Position numbers and translations under genes: made by a program. 64,000 nucleotides of DNA from Phoronis australis. Its lineage: Eukaryota; Animalia; Phoronida. Shown here piece after piece: positions 13,186-26,016 of the stretch (its first letter is position 1; every line of letters begins with the position of its first letter). The DNA lies in contig NMRA01000029.1 of NCBI GenBank assembly GCA_002633005.1, forward strand, positions 512,956-576,955. Reading direction: 5' to 3'. A model generated the notes under the pieces. The model was not told the origin of the DNA. It was given only the letters and a program-made list of their open reading frames with translations, and did no database searches.

Positions 13186-16100
13186 TTACTGGTTAGTCAG
13201 TATGTCGTTGATCCAATCCAGGAAGAAGGTTACTCGCGAATAGACACTGGGGTAGCCTTCCGTCTGACATCCCGATCGTCCCCACGAGGTGGCGCCGTTC
13301 ACGTACCATTTCCCGTCGTTACCTTTGCATGAAAGTGGACCACCACTGTCTCCCTAAAGAAAAAACAGTTGTGTTCACATTAGTCAATATTAGTAAAACC
13401 ACATCTACGATTAGTACAGGCAGCCACAACTTCACCTCTCGCCAGTGAAACACTGTTCTTCCTTTTGGCGGCGCTTTCAAACTGTTTCCTTCAAAAACAC
13501 AACTCTTAAAATCCAGCAGTATTTCTGAACAACTGCAATATACCTTGGGTTGGTTTTTAACAGAATCTTCCATGTATGTGTATGTCACGAAACCCAGCGT
13601 TAAGGAAATCCTCACATCTAGGGGTTTCCTGCTCTGTGCCAAGCAACTGAAAACAGTTTCTTTAGGGACTGCTACGTTTTTGTATGTAAGTGAACAATTA
13701 AATTAAATTCAAATTAGGATTAGTTAGATCGCAGTTTTTCCTGGTAGCTCGATTCGAGGAAGAATTGCAACACGAAAGGTGCTTGTTTTTGACACCTTTT
13801 TAGAGTCGTGATGTGTCTTCATTTAACTTATATTTAACACATTCGTGTTCTCAGTGCTTTAAATTATAAATCAGCTGAGTTTTGCTAATGTGTTTGTGTG
13901 CAAACTAATACAATGACTACTTCAGAGATATTGTTCCGTCAAGGCCAATATCTACGGCTGGCTTGTTCGCGTTCCGTTCCACAGTGTTGGAACACAGTTA
14001 AGGCATTAATGTTCGTAAGGTAACAAGCCATTTCATGAGTCAGGTCAAATATTATAATTCAAAACTTGACATTTTTCCGTGATCAACTTGCAATTTGTGA
14101 GCGCATGCTATTTAACCAAATAGCTACGATTTGTAAGCATCCAAAGTTTTCAAAGTACTAAGGACAAATAAAAGGACATTTACATACAACTTGCAAGGAA
14201 TTTAACGCCTAGTACAGAAAATAAGTTCTATGGTACATGGGAAGTGTTTTTTCTAAAATTTGCTGAATTGTTTACAATTTCATTGGCTAAACGCATCGAA
14301 TCAATTATACTGACTTAGAGATACTTACATTGCAGGCTCCCGAGAGACCGTTGTTCAAGCAAACATGGCCGCTGTTGATATAACTGCTACCCCACTTGCC
14401 AGAGCATACTTCATTGGTTAGTACGTCAACCTTCAGCTCGTTCAAAATTTCACTCTCGTGATTTGGGTCTAAAAATTGAAATACAAGTAAGAATACGCAA
14501 CAGATAATAATAAATTACCCAAACTGTCTTTTTGTCCCTTAACAACGCGGTATGTGAAAGAGGGGCTGAATGTTGTCGGCGTTACGTCATATAAAATGAT
14601 GTATTTCCTCGCAAGTCACGCTAACAATGGGCTAAAATTTTCTTGAATTTTATTATTGTCAAGAAAATTGACAAAATACAGTTGCACTTGTCGGCCATGC
14701 TGTGCGCTAAATGAATAAAGAATTACCGTAATCGAACTCATAATCTCTAAAATTGAAAAATCTGATTTGAGAAGTTGCAGTTTTATACCTGAAAACCAAA
14801 TGTGTTTAAGAACATGTATGTATAACAAAATACAATGTGTAAAGTAAGCGTTTTTATTCGCTGAGCAGTAAACCTACCTTGTGTGTTACCCCATCCTGAA
14901 ATCCAACAGTTGTCGCTTCCGGCAATAATCATGTCCGCGGGAGGTAAACATGCGGGAATGATCTCATTGGTGAAAGTGACTGGTTCGGTAAACTTCACCA
15001 AGGCGATGTCATTGGGGAAGCCATTGCCATTTCCGTCGTAATTTGGATGCTGAAATAGAGTGTAACCACTTTAGGCCCACGTGACACGGGGCGTGTGCTC
15101 TTCATGTTTCAAGCTATTAAAGATGTGGTATTTTTACAAATACTGAAGCAGTTAGCACAGCTCGTACTGAGAAATATCGGCAACTTCGTAGCTCAAACAT
15201 GATTTATCAATGACCCGACAAAACTGACATCACTTTAGATATAGGCCTATCTATATAGTGTATAGACTTCATAAATCGAAGAGGCCAGCTTCTTAACAAG
15301 CTGGGCTAAGAAGAGCAGCAAACTCGACAGAAATAAGGATTGAGTTTCGTTTAAGCAAGACACTCGCAAAGCATTTATGGCGAAAATTTGCGCTTGTGGG
15401 ACGGAAATAGTTAATTTTATCCCGTAATTCAACATTCCTTCCTCGCCGGCCAATCACTTCAGTTGGAGTCATTTTGCTTGTGTACGCTAGTAAGGTAGTG
15501 AGCGTATTTGTGAAACTTTTTCCTGTTGCTCGTAGGATTTTGCGAGGCCTAGTGTGATCTTGCTGTTTCGCCTGACTTCAGTGAATGGCTGGCAGATAAC
15601 AACGGAAATCAGCGATGTGTGATAAAATCCCGAAAACACGACGGATTTTGTTGTTTTATAGCTCTGGTCAAAGCTAATAACTTCAAGAAGTCTATCCCAT
15701 CCAACAAATATCCCAATTGTTTTGGCTGTAAAACCGACTGTGTCCCTTTACGAGACCCTGTATTCGTAAGGCAGTTATTCGTTGACAAATTTTTGTATTA
15801 CCACTTACCATGAAAACTTTACTCAATAATTTTGTGACGGGAGGGGCGTCCTCGTGACCAGCTTCCGTCACATGATGTTCGCCAAGAACAACCTTCATGG
15901 AAGAAGTGCTGGATCTAAAAAAATTCCTTAGTATGTTATCCTAAGAGAACATGAAATTCTCCACACCTTAAATGCATAAGCGCTAAAATAAATTCTTGTG
16001 TTTTAGAAATAAGAATTTAATTTAAAATGAAATTTATTTCAAATAAAAAAGCTGTGTCGCGTGTGCGCGCTATCATCATTCGTTTCACTAGTGGTCAAAT

Positions 16101-19100
16101 CCAGCAGATTCACAATTCGGATGATGGCTCGGCCAATGTGCCGATTACGTGCCCGGAAACTCTCGTTCACATTACTGAATAACCCGCCTTTGGATTCCCG
16201 TAGTTCACCTACCCTGTAGGTGAAAACGTGGATGCGAATCAGTGGCATTGACTGCAACTCTTATGGAAGCAAGATTACCTCACTCGAACTGCGCCTGGAC
16301 ATGACTCATCCGGAACAGGTAGGAGGAATGAAGTTGACAAATGCGCAGATAACATTCTCTCCAGGGGAAATTTGAGTTTACGAAAATAACCGAGGTGCAC
16401 CGCGTGGCCATGACTGTATAATTTCTTCTGATCAGTTTCTAACATATTGCACTTGTACCCCTACGTGTACATGTGCAGTTTATTGGCGTATTAAGGCAAA
16501 TACGCCTGTATTTAATGTTGTGCCTATACACAGAATTAAGTGCATGCCACCATATGTATATATTGAAAGATTATAGAAAAACAGTGCAAAAGAAACTATT
16601 TACATGTATATGCCCTAACTGCGAAGCGATACCGAAGCTAGTTTACAGTGAAACAACACGTGTAGGTGAGATAAAAGGTCATATATATTATGACAAATAA
16701 TTTTTAACCGTTACAGCGGAGTAGAAAGTGAATTGCCTTCATATTAGCACCAAAGAATTTCACAAGAATGGCCAAAACCACATGAATAACACCCAATTTA
16801 GACCAGCACTGTCTACAAGGTACAGCCGCCAACGCCTTTATACATGTACATGTATGTGAATCTTGGGCGGGACATTTCAGTCAAGTAAGTTTTCATTGAA
16901 AAACATTTTTCCGATAAAGCCATATTGATCCAAACACGTTAATATTCGGTGTATTTGTCGGTAAAATCCAATAATGAATTGAAAAATACTCACCCGTCCA
17001 CACAATGTGCAGCAGTCATGGCCCAGTAGTTGTTGATAAGTGTCGCGCCGCAGAAATGGAAGCTGGACGAGGTCGTCTGCAGGGACGCCTGCCAAGGCCA
17101 CTCGTGCTTAGAAGCATGGTTGCCGCCAACGATACGAGATTCCCTGCGAACTCCGCATCCTGTTAGAATGTCGTGTTCAGTTGAGCAATGCGTTGACTTG
17201 TCTGATTACAGGTTATGCATTAAGTATAAAGGATCGTTTAGCACCACAAACGAAAAAGTTCTTCTGAATGTAGACTGGTGAAGTAATTTAATTTGCACAA
17301 AGGCGAGTAACTCTCGTTCATTTCTATGCGGTATAGATGTTCGTATTCTTCCGATTTGGTTGGTTCGTGAGATAAGGGTGTTCTTCAAAGACGAAAACGC
17401 AAAGTCCGGAAACTCAAAAAGGACTTTCAGTGACGCCTCGTTTCTATTTCATTTCCGGATCGTATTACATCGGAATTTCCACGTTGCGGATCTGCTTTGA
17501 CGCCCGAAAACCAGACGAAGAACTGTTATCTGTTTCCGTCTTTAATTATTTCTTAACAGGAAAATTTACCTTCAGCACTCAGGTCTGGTACACAGCATAC
17601 GGTTCCTGCGGCTGCGCAGTATTCGTTGACAGCCTGTCCAGTGCAATCAGCTTCCGCCACGCATTCGTAGCTACACGTGAGTCCTGCGGAAAATGAAACA
17701 ATGACCAAATAGCACATGGAGATAGTATGTGGAATGGATAATTGGAAACCTTGCCCTTGACTGCAATAAGTAGCGTGACGCTAACGTCTTTCCCAGTTGA
17801 CTTCGTGAGCCTTTAGTAGCGCGTACGTAGTATCTCCCTAATGTTCCGTCCGATTCATCTCCGCGTGTAACCAAAATAATGGGGTATTTTCAGATGAAAA
17901 GCGCTTGACATTTTCTGCTCAAATCATAGTGAACCGAGACGATAAAGCAGGAACAGACAGAAATCATAGTTTTCGGAGGAAAAGTATCTACATAAGCCCT
18001 GTAAATGTCTACTTCTTTCTCTTAGTATGTGCGTAGGAGGATCGTGGTGTAAACATACTGTAGAGGGCGCGTCAGTTCTGGTCTCAGTTTCACTGAATGT
18101 GTGGATTCATTAATGGATCATGCTTCTTTGGGGCAAATAAACATGGGCTGGGCTTGCCCTCAGCTACATAGTTTTCACAAGACAACAGAAGGAAAATTCT
18201 CTAGTTGTGCACATATTATAGAATGTGGAAAGCATGAAATTCATTTACAGATGCACCAAAAACACTCACGTTCAAATTCAATTTTCCAACCCGTTTTCTG
18301 CACACTGCTATCCGTTACGAATCTCATAGTGACCGTATTTGACGAGGCTTTGTACGTTGAAGCAGATGCGCCACACAGTTTTTTCGACGCACCGTTATCT
18401 TGAATCTGTGAGAAATATAATAAATATTTCAATTGGTCTTCCCAGTCCCGCGTTCGACAGACGCAAGACACTCGCGAGTAAAACTAGTGTAAACAAATTC
18501 TTGGCTTGTAACCCAGATAAACATCTCGCGAACACTGTGTGGTTTTCGTTTTTTACCAGGTGCTTTGCGTTTACGGAACACGGCTCGAAATTGTTTTACA
18601 TAGAATTAGATATGTAACTAAAGGGCGAACTGTCAGGAAAATGTCTTAATAACTCGAATCACATGAGCATTTTAGGCGGTAAATATTTGTTCCCAGGTAT
18701 TGCATAAAGAACGCTTATGAGTATAATTAGGAGTACGAGTCTGCATCTACTGCCGAAATAATGCATTTGAAAATATTTTTGTACGTAGGCGCATGCGCCA
18801 ATGCTTCAATATAGGCGCAAGGGACTTTCCGTATATGCCGTGGGCCGTCTTAAACTGGTAGGTTTTGCGTCTTTAATACAACCTTGCTACTTTTATCTAA
18901 ACAGTTTTTGACAAAATGGAAGCACGCAATTATTATCCATTATGTATGATATCAATCAGTGTTCATGTCAGCTTGAGACAGTCCCATATTTACTTCGAGT
19001 CTTTCTTGTTATGGCGTATTTTCTTATTAAAATTAGTACACAGACCTATTGGATTAGGGTTTGCCTGATATTGCACGAAGTCTACATTGTAACGTATTCC

Positions 19101-22014
19101 CCAATCAAAATCTGTTCAGCACCTTTTTGACTAACCCTCATCAATAAGCTGCGTTAAAAGAAACGGAATCTGTAATTCCAGTACAAAAGGACATGCGAGA
19201 TGAACTCTTTGAACCACGCATCTAATTTGGGATAGTAAAAGAAGCTGGGGTTCAAAAAACTAGCGTCAGGTGGAGCTATCTACTCATGATGTACCTCTAA
19301 GTAATCGTATTGGCATGTTGAACTGCTTTCAACATCAAAGGCCAGAAACTTGAGTGCGAGCTTTCCTTCAGGTATGGTGACGGTATACGTACAGTCAAGG
19401 TTGTTGTCGTAATTGTTGGGGTGGTTGGGGGACTGAATGATGCCCGATTCACCCTCAAAGTTGCCTCCACAACCTGCAAATCAAACACATTTTCAGCTAC
19501 TGTTAGAAGGCAGAAGTACGGTATTAACTCCAGCCGTGTATCAGCCAATCGACATATATACATTATAACTACAAGTATGTAAGTACTGGCTTGGATGAAA
19601 CGATCTCAAATAAGGACTCGATTAAGTTCCCTAAGTCTTGTGTATATCATGTGTCGTTCTTTACTCACAGATCTAATCTTGTTCTATCATTTTAATCAAT
19701 GAACTCCTCGTTGACTAATGACATTTTAATGCAACTGAAAACTGGACCTTTAGTTCAATGAAAATAATTAGAGATTTACTCTCGCCTTTTATATTAGGGG
19801 CGTTGCATGAAAATGTACCTACTTATTGAGAATGAAATTCCGAGTTCATTCTCCATTAGTATCAAAGGGAAAAAATACCAAGTAATGAAACTAAAACAGC
19901 GTAAGAAAGGACAATCAGTGTTTTCACAAACCCACATATACGCAATAGGTAGATTTAGGAAGCTTACTTAATGTCCGCTGTCCCTAGTTTCGGACTATTT
20001 CATGCAATCGGGAACAGATCTCTTCAGTCTTTATTATTTCTCACTTTGAGTCTGCAGGAAGTCGGAATCTTGGGAAACCATAGGTTGGCCTATCCGGCTC
20101 GTTTTTCTTTCTGGGACTTAAAACTTAAGCTGCACCGACCATGAAAACACGACCGCCAAAGGAGCTCAGTCATTATTTGATGACTGCAATTCAGCAACTT
20201 TCATGGATCGACGATACAATGGAGTTCAAGAGGACTTTTTTGCTTTGGATGAGAAGGAACTTGTATGGTCGTGGAGGGTGCTTCAGTGTTATTAACTTAA
20301 TAATTCTCTTGCAGATTATCATTACTAATAACTAAGGACATGCTTACCAGCGACAGGTGGCGTCGTGGTGGCTGGGTTTGCTGGGGTTGTACCGGTAGAT
20401 GGCGTCCCCGCGACGTAGGATGCTCGGAAACCCTTCTTCCTTACCGATGAATCCGACGAAAATGTAATTGTTATGGATCCCGTGAGCTCCAGAGGCTGAG
20501 GAGCTTCGGTGCCACACAGCCTGCGATAAGCACAAATACACACATAAAATCCGAACACGATAGTTGGATACTGTGATGTCGGGAGTTCTGTTCAACTTCC
20601 GTCGTTTTACTGACCCGTCTTTTTCTAGGGACAGTGAATTAATCTATGACATGACAAAAAGTATTTTTCAAGACTCTCTGTGGTACTTCAACTTCGTTCT
20701 TAAAGGCATCACTCTAATGCACACACCCTTCTTATGTGTCGTCTTGCCAGCATGAAACAATTAATTTATAGTTTCTGAACCGAACATCTCTAAACTTGGC
20801 GTTCTTTTGCCATATTTTGAACACAGTCGTGCCACCACGAGGACTACTCTGTGTGACGTTGTTTTGGTGAAACACTGTTTAAAACGACTAATTGGACTGT
20901 GTAAACATGTGTTCCGACACGACTTCTCGAGTTAAAATGTCGTATACTGACTTGTAAACTGAAGGACAACATGCCCAATTTTGCTCCAAATTTCCGACTT
21001 TCAGTAAAAGAAATAGTAAGGGAGTTTTGGACCGCGTTTACACTCTCAGATTGTCATAGAATAAGCCGATTCATTATGTATATACTAGGTTCAAGGGTGT
21101 TGGCGCGTACCAGTGCTTCAAGAAACGCCAGACAATTTTTATAAGCAGACGTCGCAAACTCTACTCACGTCGCCAATACCGTGTTTCCTCGTTTCACCTC
21201 CAAACTGTCGTATCTGCATTGAGAGAGTGACTCAATCTCAAATTCATCTTCGAACGTTAAAATGTAGGTGTTACTACCAGCCTCGAGGGTCCAGATGCAC
21301 TCGGCGTTATTGGGATAGTTACTCGGGTAATTCGGCGAGGAGAATGTTCCGCCGTTCACGGAGAGCACTCCACCGCAACTTTGAGCTGCAAAATACATAC
21401 CATCCTTACAGTATTGTGTGCAGTACTGAACCGCCATATAGGTCAAACGAGTGAACTGATAGGAACACGCGACACTATTAATTAAACCTAATTGCTTTGC
21501 AACATGTAATGCCAAAGTTTTCAGCTTGGCACCTTTTCTTCTTTACGCTTCCTGTAAGTGTTTGTCATCATGTGAGTGCTAAGTACTTTGAAAGATCTCA
21601 TTCCTTTCATCAAAATCTTTTTGAAAACTGCTTAATTAATTCATTTTATTCGGCTGTGTTTTAACAACACCCTAAAAGAATTATCAATTACACACAATGT
21701 CACATAATTTTCGACAAAATGTCATTCGCTGTTATTTAATCTCTCTTTAAGAGGGCTGACGTAGTAACTAGACAATAGAGAGGCATAAGTGTATTGCACG
21801 AGCATAACATCGATGTCAAGAACTTAGCGCCACAAATTTCGTCTGCACGCACAGGTACCCCAATTACCAACAATTAATCGAGCAGACGACTTCACATGAT
21901 ATCTAAGAATACTAAATGTTCATAAAAAGTTGAGAAAAGGAATCGAAAATATTCACCAGACTCACCATGCGAAAGCGCTGCCAGGCAAAGGAGGACACCA
22001 AGATGTGCCAACAT
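13186..22014 (-). CDS. Secreted CUB-CUB-(6-Cys module)-S1A serine protease, chymotrypsin/elastase-like, ~539 aa, 11 exons
   Basis: Exons: 21966-22014 (signal peptide [16 protein letters not shown]), 21169-21385 and 20348-20520 (CUB1 [42 protein letters not shown] plus P/T linker), 19295-19473 and 18270-18405 (CUB2), 17570-17683 (6-Cys module), 16994-17159 (CG..R|IVGG..WPWQ..TAAHC), 15809-15914, 14878-15049 (NDIAL), 14329-14468, 13186-13353 (GDSGGP..TSWG). All introns are GT-AG, the total is 1620 nt in frame, and the catalytic triad is intact. Confidence 0.95.
15620..15795 (-). repeat. Interspersed repeat family, copy 2 (inverted, intronic)
   Basis: Reverse-complement similarity to 3665-3810. 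Confidence 0.55.
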
Positions 22015-22063
22015 GTTTGAAGGTTTCCAAACTGAAGGTGATTGTTCCAAACGAAAACCCGCC

Positions 22064-22071
22064 CTTATATA
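22064..22071 (-). promoter_or_regulatory. TATA box (TATATAAG) of the protease gene
   Basis: About 50 nt upstream of the ATG, with Inr-like TCA motifs 32-38 nt downstream. Confidence 0.6.
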
Positions 22072-22800
22072 CCTGGAGACGAAATCTCAAGTATGAGAAA
22101 ATACCATACGAAGTGCAAGATATTTTCCTTGAAAATTTCTCAGGTGTTTGTGACTTGATTATTTTATTGTTCCCGTAAATTATGACGTGAATACCATTAA
22201 AAAGACTGTCGTCGGTTATTTATCTAAATTGAAATTACATCAACCGAGTTCACCTTCACGACCCGAGGTTTAAAGGAGCATGCCACTCAAAAAACAACCT
22301 AATTTGTATCAATTTAGATCGAGTAGTTCTACTCCAAAACGACACGTACGGTTGCGTTACCTGACTCCTGAAGGCAGACGGAGGTGTTGAAATTATCCAA
22401 TGACGCCATCGGTTTCACACACAGTCTGTTCAGCAGTTCACAACACGGGTTACTGGTGTCAGCTTATCGCTTGAAGTCATCGTTTAACGCCAATAAATCA
22501 TCAAACTTCGATGTAAAACCCTTAAAAATACACCGAGTTGTTATAAAAACGTGTTGTTTTATTTCGCTCTTACGGATTTATAGGTATTTGGCCGAAGCCT
22601 ACAAAGTTCGGCAGGCCAATAAGGTTCGTAGCGGAGTTTGGCCTGTTCGGAGATAATTTCGAAGTATTTTCCGTGAGATACAGACAGGAGAACCTAGATC
22701 TGTGTTGTTTGGACTTGTGATTTTTTGAGTTCTAAACACAAAACGCTTGTTATCCCGGCCAGTGGCTNTTATTTATTACATTATCCATTCTATTTTAATA

Positions 22801-22936
22801 CATGGGCGGCGCACATGGGTGCTATAGCCCCCACCCCCCAACCCAGCCCCCTATGAAGCGCACTTCTTATGGCAATGGGCACCGCAGCACTGAAATAAGT
22901 CAGGGCTATAGCCCCCCCCATGGTGTCCCACCCATA
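22801..22936. mobile_element. 136-bp hAT5-like MITE with 5-bp TSD TAATA
   Basis: Ends catgggcggcgcac and gtgtcccacccata, with TAATA at 22796-800 and 22937-41. It has internal gctatagcccc motifs shared with 5442-5510. Confidence 0.65.
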
Positions 22937-24348
22937 TAATACGAACTCAAGGTAAGTGCCTCTTATTCTGTGCTCAAGTATATTATGGTTTATGTAGTGG
23001 ATTGTCTATTCCAAGTTCGTGTTTGATGATTTCTAGATTCCAACGACAAACTCGAGTAAAAAAACAGATTTTGAATTCAGGCTCTAGCTTATAATTTCGA
23101 TGTTGGGGTAACCAAGAGCAAGCTTGGACTAGATGATTATCCACTTAACCTTTATGCACTCGATCACAGCCTGTTGACAATTATCTTGAGTTCGCGCACA
23201 TGGATTTTGTCAAAGATAGTTTCGAGTTGGATTTTGAGTAGGCCTACAAAGATTAGAATCAGTGTCCAGGTGTTTTGAATTTCAGTTTCCATACATTGTA
23301 AGAATAACTAAATCGCATATAAATAGAAACAGCTCACAAAATATTTAGTCAGTCAAAAAATATTTCAGGTAAAAAAGTCAAATGAGATAATGAAAAAACC
23401 CAGGAGGCAAATGGTTATATCTGGTTCTAAATACAAAACAAAAAATATGCTTCATGATGGTTTATTTGCCGACATTAAAATTAAGAGCAGAAACAAAAAA
23501 GCAAAAATACAGCGCTTAAAATTAACGAAGTTTGTAACTAAACAAAAGGTAAAAACGGGAAGACGTTTAGTTATATCTCAGACGTAGATATTTTATTTTA
23601 CTGCGATTCATTTCTTTTGTGAGATGCATTACCAAATGTGCTAATTGTCCAATTAATCACGGGCGTCTTGGTTAAGTGAACGCCTCAAAGACTGTATAAT
23701 GACTGACTTCTACAACGGATATTTACACTAGTTAATTTCTTGCATTAAACTACCCTACCCAAATCTACATTGGTATATTGCTCGGCATGATCTTACCATG
23801 AAACAGGAGCCCTTATTTTGTAAGCTTGTGATGGAGTCTTAAATGTAAAAATTTGGTTTACTTTGAAACATCCCGTTTTAGGAATGGATGCTGGGTTTCA
23901 CAATAAAGCTTTCAGGTGTTATGAATTGTGCACTCTTCTCAAAACCACTACTGAGAATTGGTTTTAAAAGTTTCAGTTTTTCACAAGGAGCTATCAAAAA
24001 TTGGAACTTTTATTTATTATTGCACAAAACAAAAACGAAAAAAATAATTTCAAAACTGTGGCATCGGTTTTGAGAACTTATTTTGAGGACTTGTATCAAA
24101 AGAATAGCTTTTCTACTCGTGTTTGTTTTTTTTCTCTTGAATACATAGTTATGTGACTCAATCAATGACAGATCGGTATCAAATCGGAAATTATTATTTT
24201 CGCACGTTCTAGTGCCCGACAATATAATAACGAGTTAAATTCTAAAATTCTGTGCATGCTAATAAGGCTACTTACAATCTTACAACAGTGTAATACCGAT
24301 GGGCTTTCTTTAAATTTGCATTTGTACGCCATTTTTTGTTTTATTATT

Positions 24349-24640
24349 ACAGGTGCCATGTAATGTCACCATTCGTTCAGTATATTAGCCTATATCCGAA
24401 CACTTTTTTGCCAAAAAGATGTGTTATGTTTCGCTTAAAAGGACATTATCGGATATTTCGGCCGAAAAACGCGTTTTGAGAATTATTGTTCGATAGAATG
24501 GACGTTTTGAAGATACTGGCTTTGAGCAAAACTATCAAACAGCAACATCTGAAATGCCTTATTTTGCTACTGTAGTGTCGTTTACGCTTATAAGGTCTCG
24601 ACCAGGCCTAAACCGAAACACTCGCCTTTACTCGCTTGAT
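24349..24640 (+). repeat. Interspersed repeat family, copy 3
   Basis: Similar to 3591-3880. Confidence 0.5.
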
Positions 24641-25472
24641 TTCGCAAGATCTTGTGTGTTTTTTCTTTTTCGCGTCATGTTCTGTGTTGAAGGCTGCCCA
24701 GGGGTTTTAAAATATTTGCATGAAAGTGCCATTGCTGCTGATCTAATATAATTTGTTGATAAAATTTTAATTTGTACTTTCACAAATGTTTTTCGGAGAT
24801 TCGTTCGTCGAATTTCAAGTCGTTTTCTGGTGTCTTTGGCCGGGTTACATGTATGTTGTCTCTCACTCAAGTATATTTGCCTTTTTTAAAAAGGCACATC
24901 TTTCAGTTTACGGTGTCACTCTCTCTGAAACGAAACGTTCTAACATTACAGTGCTGTTCTGTCCCGTATTGTATTGTGTGTTGTTCCTTAGTGTGAGGAT
25001 ATTTGTGGTGAAAATAATTTAACATCTATATGACTTTCATTCTCAATTTCAAAAACTATTTTATTCGTAGTCTACTTTTAGCGAGAACTTGACTCGATGT
25101 GTTTTTTTACAGTTGAACTCTTTACATTGCCAGATCAAGGTTTCTCGGGGCCTTAAGCCATACAGAAGTCTGAAGGTCCTGGTTTCTATTGCTGAGTTAC
25201 CCCTCCCCGTTTTCGCTATCCAGGTAGTCATGTACATTTTGTTCACTTCCATTGTTTCACTTTCTACCCTCCTCCGCTCGCCACGATTTCTGTCCTAATT
25301 TCACAAGGGCCCCCGATTTTGCGTGGGGGTTCGAATACATGAATAGTCCGGCGTTGACAAAGGCAGGCCGATCCAGGTTCCCCTGTTACGTTAATTCAGC
25401 TTTGGAATACCCAGATTAATGAGCCGTTATTTTGTTCATCAGCAGTAAAAGAAACTTTTCATCGTCACGTTT

Positions 25473-26016
25473 CAGTGGCGGATCTAGGATATCACAAGGG
25501 GGTCCCAACATTTTGTCTGTAAACATTTGTGCAAAGCACGATTATAGATGCGCATAGCACCGAATGGGGGGAGGTCGGGAGGGGGGCAAACCCCAGGAAA
25601 TTTTTTCTGTCTTTTCTTCTAAAAATCAAGCATTTTCCTAGATTCCTGAAGTATAATTCTAGAAAAAAAAACACGGAGAACGTGTCAAACTTGAAAAACT
25701 GCAATTACCACACACTCAAACTCACGACCTGACGATTACAGCGCGCCTGATTTACCACTACACCACCACGAATTTCATTCGTCATTAGTAACTAAGAGAC
25801 GTATTTGTTCATGGTCCACTGCGTTTGCGCGCGAAACCTACTTCTTTTTGTAATGTTTATTACATTTTTTATATTTTGTGCAATCAGTTCGTAACAAATT
25901 TGTTGTATTTAAAATAGTCTTCAATTCATAGGCGGATTTAGGGGGGTTAATTAATAAACTCAACATTTCCCTACGCTCTTGCTGTTTTATTTTATTTTTT
26001 GCTAAATCCGCCTATG
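25473..26016. mobile_element. hAT5-like non-autonomous DNA transposon, 5-bp TSD CGTTT
   Basis: TIRs cagtggcggatctag and ctaaatccgcctatg, with CGTTT at 25468-72 and 26017-21. Homologous to 50598-51307. Confidence 0.85.

Noticed and set aside
16295-16375. AP-1 (TGACTCA), ETS and NF-kB-like motifs in a protease intron
   Set aside because: Short motifs like these are expected by chance, and there is no independent support.
25300-25345. B-box-like gggttcgaatac with an upstream stem, a possible tRNA
   Set aside because: No A-box, acceptor stem or cloverleaf could be built.
25430-25445. CUGAUGA on the minus strand (also at 46790 and 29566), a possible hammerhead ribozyme
   Set aside because: No stem II followed by GAAA and no stem III pairing.
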